DNA from: Fistulifera solaris
Taxonomy: Eukaryota
Direction of reading: 5' to 3'
DNA length: 52,319 nucleotides
Assembly: GCA_030295235.1 (NCBI GenBank)
Contig: AP026143.1
Span: 806,001-858,319, forward strand
Shown: positions 11,301-23,691 of the stretch, piece after piece
Position numbering within the stretch: position 1 is the first letter of the stretch
Layout of the letters: each line of letters opens with the position of its first letter
The notes under the pieces: generated by a model
Databases searched by the model: none
What the model was told of the DNA's origin: nothing
The model's input: the letters and a program-made list of their open reading frames with translations, nothing else
Position numbers and translations under genes: made by a program

Positions 11301-14300
11301 CGTCTCCGAGCGGTCGCCGAAGAAGGCCGTCTGCATTATATGGAAATGGATGCACTTTCGTCGGCCGAAGAAAACGTCGAATCTACACTGAATAGTAGTG
11401 GCTTTTCCTACTCATTATGGTTTCGTCACTCTTCGGAAATTACTAAAGCACAAGGTAATCTCTATGTATTGGACGTGGCAACCTCACTTCCCGCGGAATC
11501 GACAGCAGCGACGCATCAAGTATCGTACCTGACAGTGTGGTATGACGTTTCTGACCAGCGATTCAATGTGTGTACGTCAGCTCGTGGAGAAAGCATAGGC
11601 TTTCCCGTTACACCGCTGGCTCCTTTCGTCTGGCATCATCTTATGCTAACATACAGTCCAGCAAAGCGAAGCATGATGTCGCGGAAGAGCACTGTCAGTT
11701 TGTACATAAATGGTCGTTCCCTTGAAGCCGAGGTCCGTGTTGACGCTGTAACCTTTCCGAGTAAATCAAAAATTTCTGTTGGAGTCCCTAATCCTACTTT
11801 GGCTGTGAGTGGTATCGTACGAGGACGGATGCCAACATGGGAGGCCGGCAATCTACTTCTTCTTACTACGGTTTTGTTGGACTATGACGCCACCGCCATC
11901 TATTGCTATGGGCCTCATTTTCCTGGGTTGCTATGGGGTGATCGACCGCAGCGCACGAGTCTAGCGGCCACAGCAACATCATCTTTCGCGCAATTTTCAC
12001 TCAATCAAGAACCCGGAAGCTTAGCCAGTGCCCTACGAAGGCGTGATATAGTTAAAATGGAACGAGCTGGCTATTCGAAACATAGCGACGAGCTGCAATC
12101 GCTGCATTTGTACTGTCAAATTCCACCAGAGGTTCTATTAGCAGCATTTCAACCAGGAACGGCTCAGCGGACTAACCATCGGATCATGCAACATCGACTC
12201 TATAATCTTGCGGCGCTGTCAGGATCGGAGTCAGTCGCCAGTGATGCTATACTAGTGGGACTCTCTCCGACCATGGTGCGACTTCCCTCTTGGTTTGCTG
12301 ACGCTTTATGGCAAGCGGGCGGACCAGACTTACTTGTGCCACTAATTCACGCCGCGCCCTCGAGTGCTATTTTGGAGCAGTGTTTAGCATTGATGCGCTT
12401 CGCCGTTCGTGGTCACATTCCAAATTTGAGTCGGTTACAATCAGCTGGCGGTTACCGAGTTCTGGGTGTCCTTCTGCAGGAAAAACATGCTGTTGATGTA
12501 AACTGTATGGATCAGTGTCTTGCGTTTGCCATTTTTGATTACTTTCAAGAGGGGAACTGGACTTCGTGGATTTTGCAAGATTTGGATGCGATGAAACATT
12601 TGTTGTTGAATCACAAAGTTTGGGACTTGCGAAAATATGGACCAGAGGTACCGTTGAGGCTCCTCAGGGCACTCAACCTATTGGTGGATCACCGTTCAAT
12701 ACACAAAGCATCGAATGCTCGCCGTCTACATCAGGTTGGTATAGTGAGATGGACCATTCATTTAATGATAGAGGCGGCAGAACTTTACATGAACGACAAA
12801 GAGAAAGCATGGGTTTGCGACAGTCCGCTGGTGACTGAGATCACCGTGGGCGGAGATCCAGGGAACATGTTCTTATTGGAATGCAAGAGTCTTTTGAGGC
12901 GAGTGTTGACATTCATGTTGACACCTGGCGATCTTGGGGCTTTAGCTGAAGCTTCTATTTACACAGTAAGCATCGCAAAAAACAACGCTCCTAGAGACAA
13001 AGCCGCAAACGACATCTATATGCAGCCTTCGTCTATTATGCGACTGCATCTAGTGAGATTGATGGAGGAATTAATTGTCGATGGCGTTAATGAAATTGTC
13101 GCGTCGCACACAATGAATACTGGTAAGGCTGATCGAGGACGTGATGCGGTATTTCAACCGCACAGTGGAGGTGTTGCTAGCCCCGGTCAGCCATACTTTT
13201 CAACCCCTAATCGTCGTGGTATTCAACCCGATGGAGTGACGCTACACCCCAAGCACCAACAAGCGCAAGCCTTCCTAGCAGCGTTTTCGGGATTTCTCAC
13301 CCCTGTTTGGTTCGCAACTTTGTTGGAAGGTGGCCGCGAAGAAGCAAGTGTTGCGGCTACTTTTCGGCTGATGATATTATTATTGCAAGGGTCAAGTAGT
13401 TTTGAGTCAAGCTTCCAACAAGCTGGTGGATTCACTCCATTTGTCTTATCGGTTCCCCGTTACTCTACTTCTCCAGGCCTTGCTATCGCAATGCTGAGTC
13501 AATTGTTAAACGTTCCCATTTTGCACTTGCATTCTTTACCATATCTGGACCCCGACCAGCTCTGTGAGCTCTTTGATGCCGAAGGAGACGCTCATACCGA
13601 AATCCCTGTTGACGAGGATCCTTCAGCTGGAATATTTGCTCTTTTGGCAGAGTGTCTAGGCCGCAACATAAAGATTTCGTACGATGAAACTTCGGACTTA
13701 TCTGTCCGAGCTACTGATACCAATCAGGCCATCTTTCAGCTGCTACTGCATCGATTCGAAGTATCGCCGAATTTCCGCGAGTTTTGTGCCAAAAGCTCAT
13801 TCTGTGTTCCCTTATCGCAGACGTTATGCTCAATCTTGGGTTCTAAGCTTCCAGTCAAAGTAAGCTCTACACTAGCAGAAGCGCCTCAAGGACCTAGCAA
13901 GCCATCTGAAATGTTCGTCGGGAACAACCAAGATAAACACGCGCAGGGCATGGGCTTGGTTCGATTGCTGCGTCGCATTTTGCTGTCGAGTATCAAAGAC
14001 ATTCCCTTATCAGCTGCTACAACTGTTCGAACTCTGTTCCGTAGTTTTCCCATCCATGCAACGCCTGATCAAGCCCAAGCACTCCACCTAATTCTACTAG
14101 AGAACTGTGCGTTCTCTATGGAAAAGGTATTAGAGGAAGGTGATGCAATCGCTGTTGCGAATTGTGTTGGCATAGGTTCCGTTCTGCTGGAACTTGTCGT
14201 TCAAGGATTCTTTTCTGGACAGGCATTACTGCAGGCATTTCAAATCACTGCTGGGGTTCTGGACAAGTTAGTTAAGTTCGAAACCAAGTCTGTCCATTCT

Positions 14301-17300
14301 TTGTCCAATGCGGAACATTCTTTCATGGCACAAGATGCATCACACATCACACAAGCTATGGCAGCAGTAGCCTTACAACAAAGCGCGATGGCACGCCCTT
14401 ACTTGCGAATGGGAGACGAAGATTTACAAAGTGCTCTTTTGCAGGAACTAACTGAGCGAGTAGACATTGTGCTTCTCGTACCGTCAAACGATCGGCGCCA
14501 CGCGCGGCGCATCCCAACTCACAAGTTTCCACGCCCCGCACCAGGAAATAAAATGTACCGACTGTGGCTGTCAACATCTGTAGCACGAGTCGTAGAAACC
14601 AGATTGTATCCCGATTTGGCTTCCAGCGAACATCCTGATTTAGCAGTATTGGCCCCTTTACTCGTGGTTGTATATCAACTACTCGTCGACGGACGAGATG
14701 ATGTTCGTGGAATGTGTATCACAATTTTGGTCCGTCTATTAAAGCACCGCGAGAAGGCGATGACTGAGTTACTCGTTGCCCAATTTCAACAGTCAGATGG
14801 AACCGTCGAGCGGGTCGACATTGTGACACGCGGGGGCTTTCGTGCTCTTTTATTGGCGTACGAAGAAGGAGGGACACCCCAAAGCTTACAACGGCGTTAT
14901 GCATCGTTTTTTGAGTGGTTAGACCGTCAGGGTGAGCAAGTCGATGTCGTTTTTGATTCTGTCCAACGTGTCAGCAATGATATGTTTCCAGCGCTTTCGA
15001 GGTATTCCACTAGCAGTCAGTCGCCAATTTATGCTATAGAAGCTGAACAAAAGCGTATGCTGCTCAAGCTGACAGCCGAAGACTCTGATCGCACTATAAT
15101 CGGAGGTCTAGAGCGCTCTGAGTTGTCCCGTCACTGTAATGAACGGACACTAGAAAGGCACAATCGATGGAAGCGACAAGGTTTCGACGATCTTGCTTAC
15201 GGTGCCATGGCACTCAAAATCTTACTTCGAAGATTAAAAGGCCCTTTTAGCGTATGGGAAGGCAACCAATTGCCTTTTGAAGACGTAAAACACTGGAAAT
15301 TAGACATTACTGAAGGGCACGAAAGACAACGACGGAGGTTACTGCCAAACTACGAATTTCATGACTTGTATAACTTAGACGAGACTAACTTGGAGGATTC
15401 ACCTGTTGCGGAACTAGACATCGAAGAAGTAGCCGATGAGTCGATTATCGAAGAACGCGTAGTTGCTTTGGAAGCTACAGCTGAATTACTGAAAGATTTG
15501 AAACTCAAGCGAGCTCAGCATCGCGATGTGGAAGACGATTTGGAAGAATTCAATGAAGATGCTGCTGAAGACGTGACTATCGCGACCACAGCAACGGCTG
15601 CTAGTTCCATGGATGGTAGCGCTCTTGCTGATGCTGAAACAAATGAAAAGCCCGCCGAATCGAAAGAGGAAGTTTCGGACGAGGAGAGCGAAAAGAAGGT
15701 CCCAGCAACGATGATTCGTACGAGCTGGTTATAGGGTTACTGCGCAAGGGAGACTGGCCATTGAAGAGTTACAACTGTCGACGCTGTACTGGGTTAGAGG
15801 TTATGCAAGCGCTTTTCTTGTTCTGTCAGGATGCTGTTTACATTATTGACGGTTTCGAACAAATCAACGGAGAAAAGATATCACGCGTTGAGCGGGAGAA
15901 GTCTTCATACCATGTTTCGCTGCGACCAAAAGACTTTAAGGCAACGGAGGAAGAGGATGCAGAAAAGGGGGGAATTGTCAAGTCAATTAGTAGCGCGAAG
16001 ACTCGGGAAAAGGATACAAAGAGACACCCCGGTGATTTGACGGCAGAAGTTTTGCACCAGCATCGGAGTCAGCGCATCGAATTTTCGCAGCTATACTCCG
16101 TTTTACGAAGACGCTACCAGTTGCAACAGAGCGGACTGGAGTTCTTTGATATTCACAAAAATGCCACGTTGATTGCTTTTGATAATAACAGCGATCGCGA
16201 GGAAGTTCTTACAAAGATTCTCTCCAGCCAGTTACACCCGGATAGCATATTTTCGGTTTACGGTTCTTCCAATTACGTCAAAACGATTTCAAATTATAAG
16301 CAACGAATCATTTCTCAATGGATCAAAGGTCAAATGACAAATTTTGATTTCCTTATGCATCTCAACAGTCTCGCCGGCCGTTCCTTTAATGATCTCACTC
16401 AATATCCCGTGTTTCCGTGGATTATCGCCGATTACGATTCTGAAGAAATTGACTTACATGATCCTAAAACATACCGTGATTTGAGTAAAAACATGGGTTC
16501 ACTTGGAGAGGAACGGGCACAGCAATTTCGCGAGCGATACGAAGCTCTCGAGTCGACTTACTTTGGAGAAGACGACCCACCACCGTTCCACTTCGGTACT
16601 CACTTTTCCTCTGCAGCTTACACGCTTTACTATCTCATGCGCCTCGAGCCATTTTCAAGACTTGCGTTAGCTCTTCAAGGGGGTCGTTTCGACGTAGCAG
16701 ATCGTCTATTTCACGACATCGGTCGGTCTTGGAAAAGTGCATCCGCCGAGAACTTGCAGGATGTTCGCGAACTTATCCCCGAGTTCTTTTATTTACCAGA
16801 TTTCCTAACCAATACAAATGGATTTGATTTTGGTGTCACACAAAAAGGAAAATCAGTTCATGATGTTACCTTGCCGAAGTGGGCCAAAGGCGACCCTGAA
16901 CGATTTGTTAGAATCAATCGGCAAGCGCTTGAAAGCACGTACGTAAGTCAGCACTTACATCTATGGGTCGACCTGGTGTTCGGGTACAAACAACGCAGTG
17001 TTGAAGACTTAAATGTCTTCGTACATGTCACATACGAAGGTGAAGTAGATCTGGAAAGCATGACCGATCCAATTCAACGAGCAAGTACAATCGCGCAGAT
17101 CCAAAATTTCGGACAAACCCCTAGTCGACTTGAGCGAAGACCTTTCCCGGCTCGCCAAGTCGTCTCTGTTGTTCGTGATAGCATGATCGATTTCAGTGTC
17201 TTGCCTCAGCTTGCTCTCATGACCCCGCCGCTTTGTGTCATGGGTGCACCACACCTAGTAAAGCTAAGCATGACACACTCTGAGACTGTTAGGTTAGGTC

Positions 17301-18229
17301 TCTTTGGACAAGTCGATCGAACTGTGGGCGATTTGTTTTTAGTGAAGGGGCAAGTCATGGGCGTCGGTCGCATGTGCACGGTGATGATGGCTCAAAAGAA
17401 GTACATACGCTATGGCGGCTTGACAAACGGCATCAGCATCTACAATTGCGCTGCACCAAACCGTCAACGAGAAGGCGGAAACTTACTCAGTTTACACGAT
17501 GGGTTACACCGTATGCCCATATCTGCCGCCAAGGCAAGCGTGCGCGGAGACTGGATGGTGACCGGTAGCTTGGATTCAACAATTCGCGTATGGCAACTCG
17601 CATCCGATAAGCTTCATTATCAAGCCGTCCTATCGGGGAATGACGGTTACCCAATAACTTGTCTCGATTTGTCCACTGAGTTTAGCATGATTGTGAGTGG
17701 TTCAGAAAGAGGCCGCGTCATTGTTTGGGATCTGCGATCGTTAAGTTTTGTCCGCCACTTGCCGACTCTTGAAGGAAAACCCGTTCACAGTGTTTCCATC
17801 AATAACAAGAACGGAAATGTTTTGAGTCTCGCAGGGTCACAGATGTTGCTCACCACTATCAATGGCAAAATGCTTGGCGAACGAAAGTCATTTACTAGCC
17901 CTCCTACCTACGCTGTGGCAACCGATTGTCCAGAATGGATGGAAAAGGGCGTGGTAGCGGTGACAGGACACGCTTGTGGTAGAGTGTGCTTATGGAGTTT
18001 AGATATTCAAGCTTGTGACTTCATCTTGCGTCACACGCTTGAAGACAGTCCGCACAAAAATGCCATTACTTGCGTGCGAGTAGCTGGGGATACGCGACAG
18101 GATCATGTTCTGGTGGGAGATTCCAGCGGCAAGATGTCTTGCTGGAAAGTCTTGCAACTGGAAATGGTGGACGCGAATGGCATGGAAGTCATCACGGAAC
18201 AAATCATTAATGATCGACCTTACATATAA
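8386..18229 (+). CDS. BEACH-domain protein (~3250 aa; ConA-like, PH-BEACH and WD40 domains; WDFY3/SPIRRIG/LvsA-like)
   Basis: Exon 1 is 8386-8465 (MWKNLFTG...), followed by a GTAAGT...TTGCAG intron at 8466-8554 and then the long ORF. ConA-like motifs: GFSYSLWF...WHHLMLTY...LYING. Pre-PH motif: WKLDITEGHERQRRRL. BEACH motifs: NFDFLMHLNSLAGRSFNDLTQYPVFPWIIADY, DVRELIPEFFYLPDF, LHLWVDLVFGYKQ, NFGQTP. WD40: VTGSLDSTIRVW. One A missing at 15691-15694 joins the 2403-aa and 822-aa ORFs. Confidence 0.93.
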
Positions 18230-18787
18230 ACATACCAGCTATGAAAACATAAACAGCTTAAAATCCTCGAAATTTAAAACGGCTATTCACGGAAGGTTTT
18301 GAATGGAAAATTCTTATCACAGGCACTTACCGGGACTTAAATTGCCTGAGTCGTATAAAAGCGAGCGAGACATACGAAAGTTTAACGTTACATAATCACA
18401 CACATACCATCATGATTAATGATGTTTTGTCAACGATCTGATTTAAACAATATTATTTGTGTGTTGTTTGTAAAAGACGTCTCGTTCTTGCTCTTGCGCT
18501 TCTCTCTTCTCGACGTTTCAAGTATCGGTACGATACGAAATAGAGATTTGAGTAACGTGCGTCATTTGTCTGGCCGCTTGTCCTCCATGGGAAGACACGT
18601 TTTTGACTACACTTTAGCGTAGAGTGCAGAAACGCAGCAGCAATTGACACCCATCAATTTTCGAAAGCAACAAGGTCAACAACAAACAACATCAACATAC
18701 AACAAAAGAACAGTTGCGGCTTATATCTCGTTATTTACGTCCCTTCCATCATCTGCTTCATTTTCTGAATACTCTCGTCAAGTAAAA

Positions 18788-20597
18788 ATGAAGTATTCAT
18801 TCTGCTATTCGCAATCACTTTGGCTTCGCCGTGCCCTTCTAGTTTGGCGTTTACGTTTCTTCCGAAATCGCAGAGATGCTTTTCATTCTCTTCGTTGCAC
18901 ATGGCTGATACAAGCAGTCGCGCCGTAGTCACTCGTTTGCCCGATTCAGCGGTCGAAATTCAGATTCCTGTTCCCGGTAGTGCGACGAAAGCCGCTTACG
19001 AAAAAGTCGCCGCCGAACTGTCAAAAACTATAGCGGTTCCGGGCTTTCGCAAAGGTAGCAAAATTCCCCCACAAGTACTCGAGCAAGCCATGTCGGCAAA
19101 GGGAGGAAGAAACGCTTTGAAAGTGCAAGCAATTAACGAACTACTACGCGAGCTCGTAGAGCCGACTTTGAAGCAAGAAAATCTAGATCCCATCGGACAA
19201 GCTACGTTGTTGACCCCCGCAGAGACTCTTGCCGAAACCTATGTTCCTGGACAAGATATTACTTTGCCTGTGCGTTGTGATGTATGGCCCGAAATAAAAT
19301 TCAGTGGACCTTATACCGGATTGAAGGGATCCTACACCCGAAAGCCCTTCAATCAAGAGAAACTAGAGAAGGCTCTCTTCGACTTGAAGGAACGATACGC
19401 GAAACTGGAAACTATCGAGGATGCTTCTTACGCTTTGCAAATGGGTGATGCCTGCACGGTGAATATGGAGGGTTTTATGGGAAACGCAGATGGTTCCAAA
19501 GGAGAACCTTTGCCAAACGCTGCTTCGGGTGACAATGTAGAAGTTATTTTAGGGCCGGGGAGATACATGGAAGGTCTGGTGGAAGGATTAGTAGGAGCCA
19601 AAGTGGGTGAAACACGAACTGTATCGGTGGCCTTCCCCGAGGTAGGTGGAGTTTGGATCTGACAACAATAACTTCGGCTTTCTATGCAATGTCTGACACT
19701 GCTGTATCGTCTACTTTGCAGAAACTTCGTGACAAGAGTTTGGCCGGCAAGAAAGCGATTTTCGATGTCGAGGTTTTGCAAGCAGCAAAGCGCGTCGTAC
19801 CTGAACTCACGGATGAATTCGCCGCACAAGTAAAAGCGGGCCTTACCAAAGCAACGCTCTTGAAAGAACTTCGTAAGGCTATTGACGAAGAGGATGCTAA
19901 GGAATTTCTTCCTGCAAGAAATAAGGCACTCGGTGAAGCTCTCGCTAGAATCGTGGAAGTGGATGTTCCCGACACGCTTGTCACAAACCAGGCAAGAGAG
20001 AAATTTGCCGTCATGATGGCGGATATGCGTGATAACGGTGTCGCAGACGCCGAAATTAAACGACAAATCAACCCAGAGAACTTTGCCAAGTACAAAGAGA
20101 TTGTCAAAGATGACATTATCCGAGACTTTAAGGTCAGCATGGCAACAGATGAAATTGGCCGACTAGAGGGCATAACAGTTCCTGATTACCAGGTTGAGGA
20201 GCAAATGCAGTCAATTCAAAAAGATATGCAAAAAGGAGAAGAGTACGACGAAAACATGATTCGAGCACGAGTGCAAGCAACGCTGGAACGACAAGCCGTC
20301 ATGAATTGGTTGGCAGAAAAAGCTGATTTGGAGGTGATCGAAAAGACGGAGGAACAATTCGATGCGGATTTAATGGAGAAGTTGGCTCAAGAGTCGTTGG
20401 AGCGTGAACAAAAGCTGGCGGCCAAGAAGGAAGACGAATCTGCCACCCAGGCACCACAGACCGGAAAGAAATTCGAGGATATGACGCTGGAAGAAAAGGC
20501 ATTTCAAGCTCTTGTTGATGCCGGTGCTGTAAAACCGAATGACGACCCCAACAGTCCCGACTACGACCATTCCAATGACAATGAAATCGCGTCCTAA
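18788..20597 (+). CDS. tig: Trigger factor (ribosome-associated chaperone/PPIase), plastid-targeted; intron 19642-19721
   Basis: Signature VPGFRKGSKIP, an FKBP-like region (LGPGRYMEGLVEGLVGAKVGETRTVSVAFPE|KLRDKSLAGKKAIFDVEV) and PELTDEFA. GT-AG intron in phase 0. Restoring one A after the ATG at 18788 gives MKVFILLFAITLASPCPSSLA-FTF (signal peptide followed by F). Confidence 0.92.
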
Positions 20598-20742
20598 CTT
20601 TCATTTATTTTTTGAAAAGGATAATTTGCACCATCGTCACTGCGTTCTACTGATTTTCAGTAAGGTTAATGAGATAAGTAACACTACGAGTAACAAGTAG
20701 CATATACCAACTTTATCGTTGGCAGCAAAATATATATACTGC

Positions 20743-22837
20743 TTAACGAGCAAGGACGAGGCTCATGCTGGCCCGTCGCCCACGTTTATGAGACCCACTG
20801 ATAAGACTTCGCGCTTCAGACTGAGCATCTGAGATTTTGTTTAGAGCTTGTCGTGTCCCGTTTGTTGCATCACTAGAGTCTCTCTTATTCTCGTTTGCTT
20901 CATCAGAAAAAGTTTGGTCACGATCAAATATCTTTCTACATTCAGCCCGCAAGTCTTCCCCCCGAAGCTCGGTCCCCTTCTTCGATTTGCCCGTGCTAAG
21001 TCTCTGAACTTCCCCGCTTTTTTTTCTTCTTTGTCTTCGCGGTTATGCTTTCAACTTTCCTCGATGGACTACTATTTCTGACCGGACTCGAATGGGCCGA
21101 CGAACTATTTTTGCCTAGATACTTCGAAGTTTTTGCCAGCAGCTTGTCCACTTTCTTCATTCTATTTGCCTGGACATCTCTATCGTCGTCTGAATCACTT
21201 TCGGAACGGTAAGAATATACCGGATTTTTCGTACCAGCCCTCTCATGGTTCACTGAAGACGGCGCTGCAGCATGTGACATGATTTTGCTGGATATATCAC
21301 AGTCTACGATTGCATCTACCGCACACTCTTGGGGCCGAGAGCTTTCGCGCGACACCTTTTCTAGGGAGCGATCAGAATCATTGCAGAGAGAAAGTAACCG
21401 CTGAGAAAGAAGAAGAGCATTGCTGCTACCTCCATCCGAATACTGAAAATCTGAACATGAAAGGACTTCCAATAGCGTCATTGTTTCACCAGAATCAAAC
21501 TGAAAAGACTCTGAGAAATTTTTGAAGGAATTCGATTCAAACTTCGGAACATCCACTAATGTCAGATCTTCTCCTTCCATACTACTTTCCATCATAGCAG
21601 CAACTTCTGCCTTTGCTCTCGCAATTTGGCGTTGTAGTCGCTCAATAACCAACTTCTTTTCGTATTGCGCCAAAAGCCTTCTCCTGTTTTCCTCCCATAC
21701 TTCTTTTTCAAAATCGATTCGATGTGCCTCTTTAATTTGATCCTGCATATATTTGAGCGTACCCACTTCAGTTCCTTTCATTTCGTGATGCAAGTCAAAT
21801 ATACTGTCGATCGCTCTCATTTTTTCTTCGACCGTTTCTCCACGTGTGACTCCATTTCCAACAGAGCTACGCCTTTGAGCCCTTGCGGTCTGTGTCATGT
21901 AACGGTGCATGATTGACTCTTCTTCCCGCGTCAGCTTGTTGAGCTCCTCAAGCTTTTGCTTAAATACCGGGCGTGGCTGCGGGCTGGCACTTAGATCACT
22001 AAAGGGAATTGAAGACGGAACGCATGTTTCGTCGGTGCGTTTCGTAGTTTGCTCCTCCGCTTTTCGTTCAGGGGAGCTCAAATTGACGAAAGGCAACTGA
22101 TAGAGCCGGTTCTCCTGCTCCGATCTACTGGAATGCGTACTTTCGAAAATATCAAAAGCCGGTTTAATGGTCGCCGGTAGCGCTTTCCGACGCGGAGAAT
22201 GAAGCGGCTTATCGGAGTGCGAACCAGCTGTTTGATCTTCTGAGCCATCTAATGTCACTTTTTCCCAAACCTTTCCTCGTTTGACGAATCGAGCTGTTTT
22301 CGCTGGTGATAAACTTGTTGCCCTCGGAGGTCTAGGTTCGGAATGACCGTTGTTTGTCCCGTATCCCGATGACGAGTGTATACTTACAGCCATTCCCGTT
22401 GAGTTCCGACGATTACGAACAAATCGTTTAGGCTCATCCCTTTGAGAAATATCGCCGTATTCGAAAACAGCAAGTCTATCTACTATAGAACTCTTGCCAT
22501 GTCGCGAAGTCTCAAAAGCATTCGTAGGCTGTGAAGAATCATCGCGGAATGTCGTGTCATAGCTTTCAAACAAATTGATCTTTTCTGAAACGGAGCCTCT
22601 ACGAGGCATTCGTGATCTGTATGTCGATATTGAATCATCTCTGCGTGTCTTTTCGGTGGAGTCGTATAAGCTGCTTCGATCCGCTCCGATACTTCGTCGC
22701 CTTGTTTGCTGCTGCGACTCGATTGTGTTCGTAATAAAGTCCTCTGTATTATAACAAAAAGTTGATTCCGACGTCGAATGATCATCTGCATAATCATCTT
22801 CGGTGACTGAATGCAAAGAAGCACGCAGCGACGACAT
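20743..22837 (-). CDS. Hypothetical Ser/Arg-rich coiled-coil protein, paralog of 23692..27289
   Basis: 613-aa ORF 20996..22837, probably extended to 20743 through a frameshift in the T-run at ~21018-21025. Shares SPRRKALP, TVEEKMxxIDxxFxLHHxxKGTExGxLxxMQxQIKxAHRxDFEKEV and KTSKYL with the neighbouring gene. Confidence 0.75.
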
Positions 22838-23691
22838 AGCTAATGCAAGTCTCGACGAAGATTCGCACTTAAATTCGATCTATACTGTAGAGAAACAGTG
22901 ATAGGATAATAATGTGTGTTTAGAGAAACACAATCTTCTCGCTACCCTGACTAAAGGCAAATGTATTTAGCAACCAGCGGCAGCAGCCAAGAGTTAGTAT
23001 TGTTGTTAATAATTGTATTTTTGATCAATGAATGGACCTTCTTAGGAAAGGAAGCAAGGAGTGTTTTTGGGAGTGTGTTATTATGGAAGGCGATAAAAGG
23101 AATGCGTACTTTTCCCTCTCGACGGAGAATTTATTGAGCTCGAAAAGTCCCCGCAAAAAGAAGCTTTAGTATAAGGAAAGAAAGTACTCGCCCTGTACTG
23201 TTTATTGACTTGTGACTGTTTGCAGCAAAACTCTCGTCCAAAACTTTATCACAACGTCACGAAGGCACACAAGACCAAGAAACGACACTTTAGCGTTTAT
23301 TGACTCCTCAAGAAACAAATAGAATGGCTTTGAAGTGGTGCGTAGAATAAGTAAAATAATGTGTAAATGACGTGTTAAACTATCAAAAGGCTGTAAGTTG
23401 GTTGGCGAGTCGTCGTCGTCATTGTCGTCATCGGCTTCAGTCTCTCGTTTCCGCTGTGATCCTTCGTTGCAAAAAGCCCACGAACACCACAAGGGCGATT
23501 GACGCTGTGAAATATTGCAACGCTCTTGTGCGTATGACCGGGAAATGATAGTTATTCGCTTTCGTATTGTCGGTCCGATCGCGGTGCGAACGACATCAAA
23601 CTACAATAAATGGTCGGCCATTATTGTATGACAATTCAAAAAAGCTATAACGTTTTAATCTGTGTTTTTCACTTACTCACTTTCTAAACAA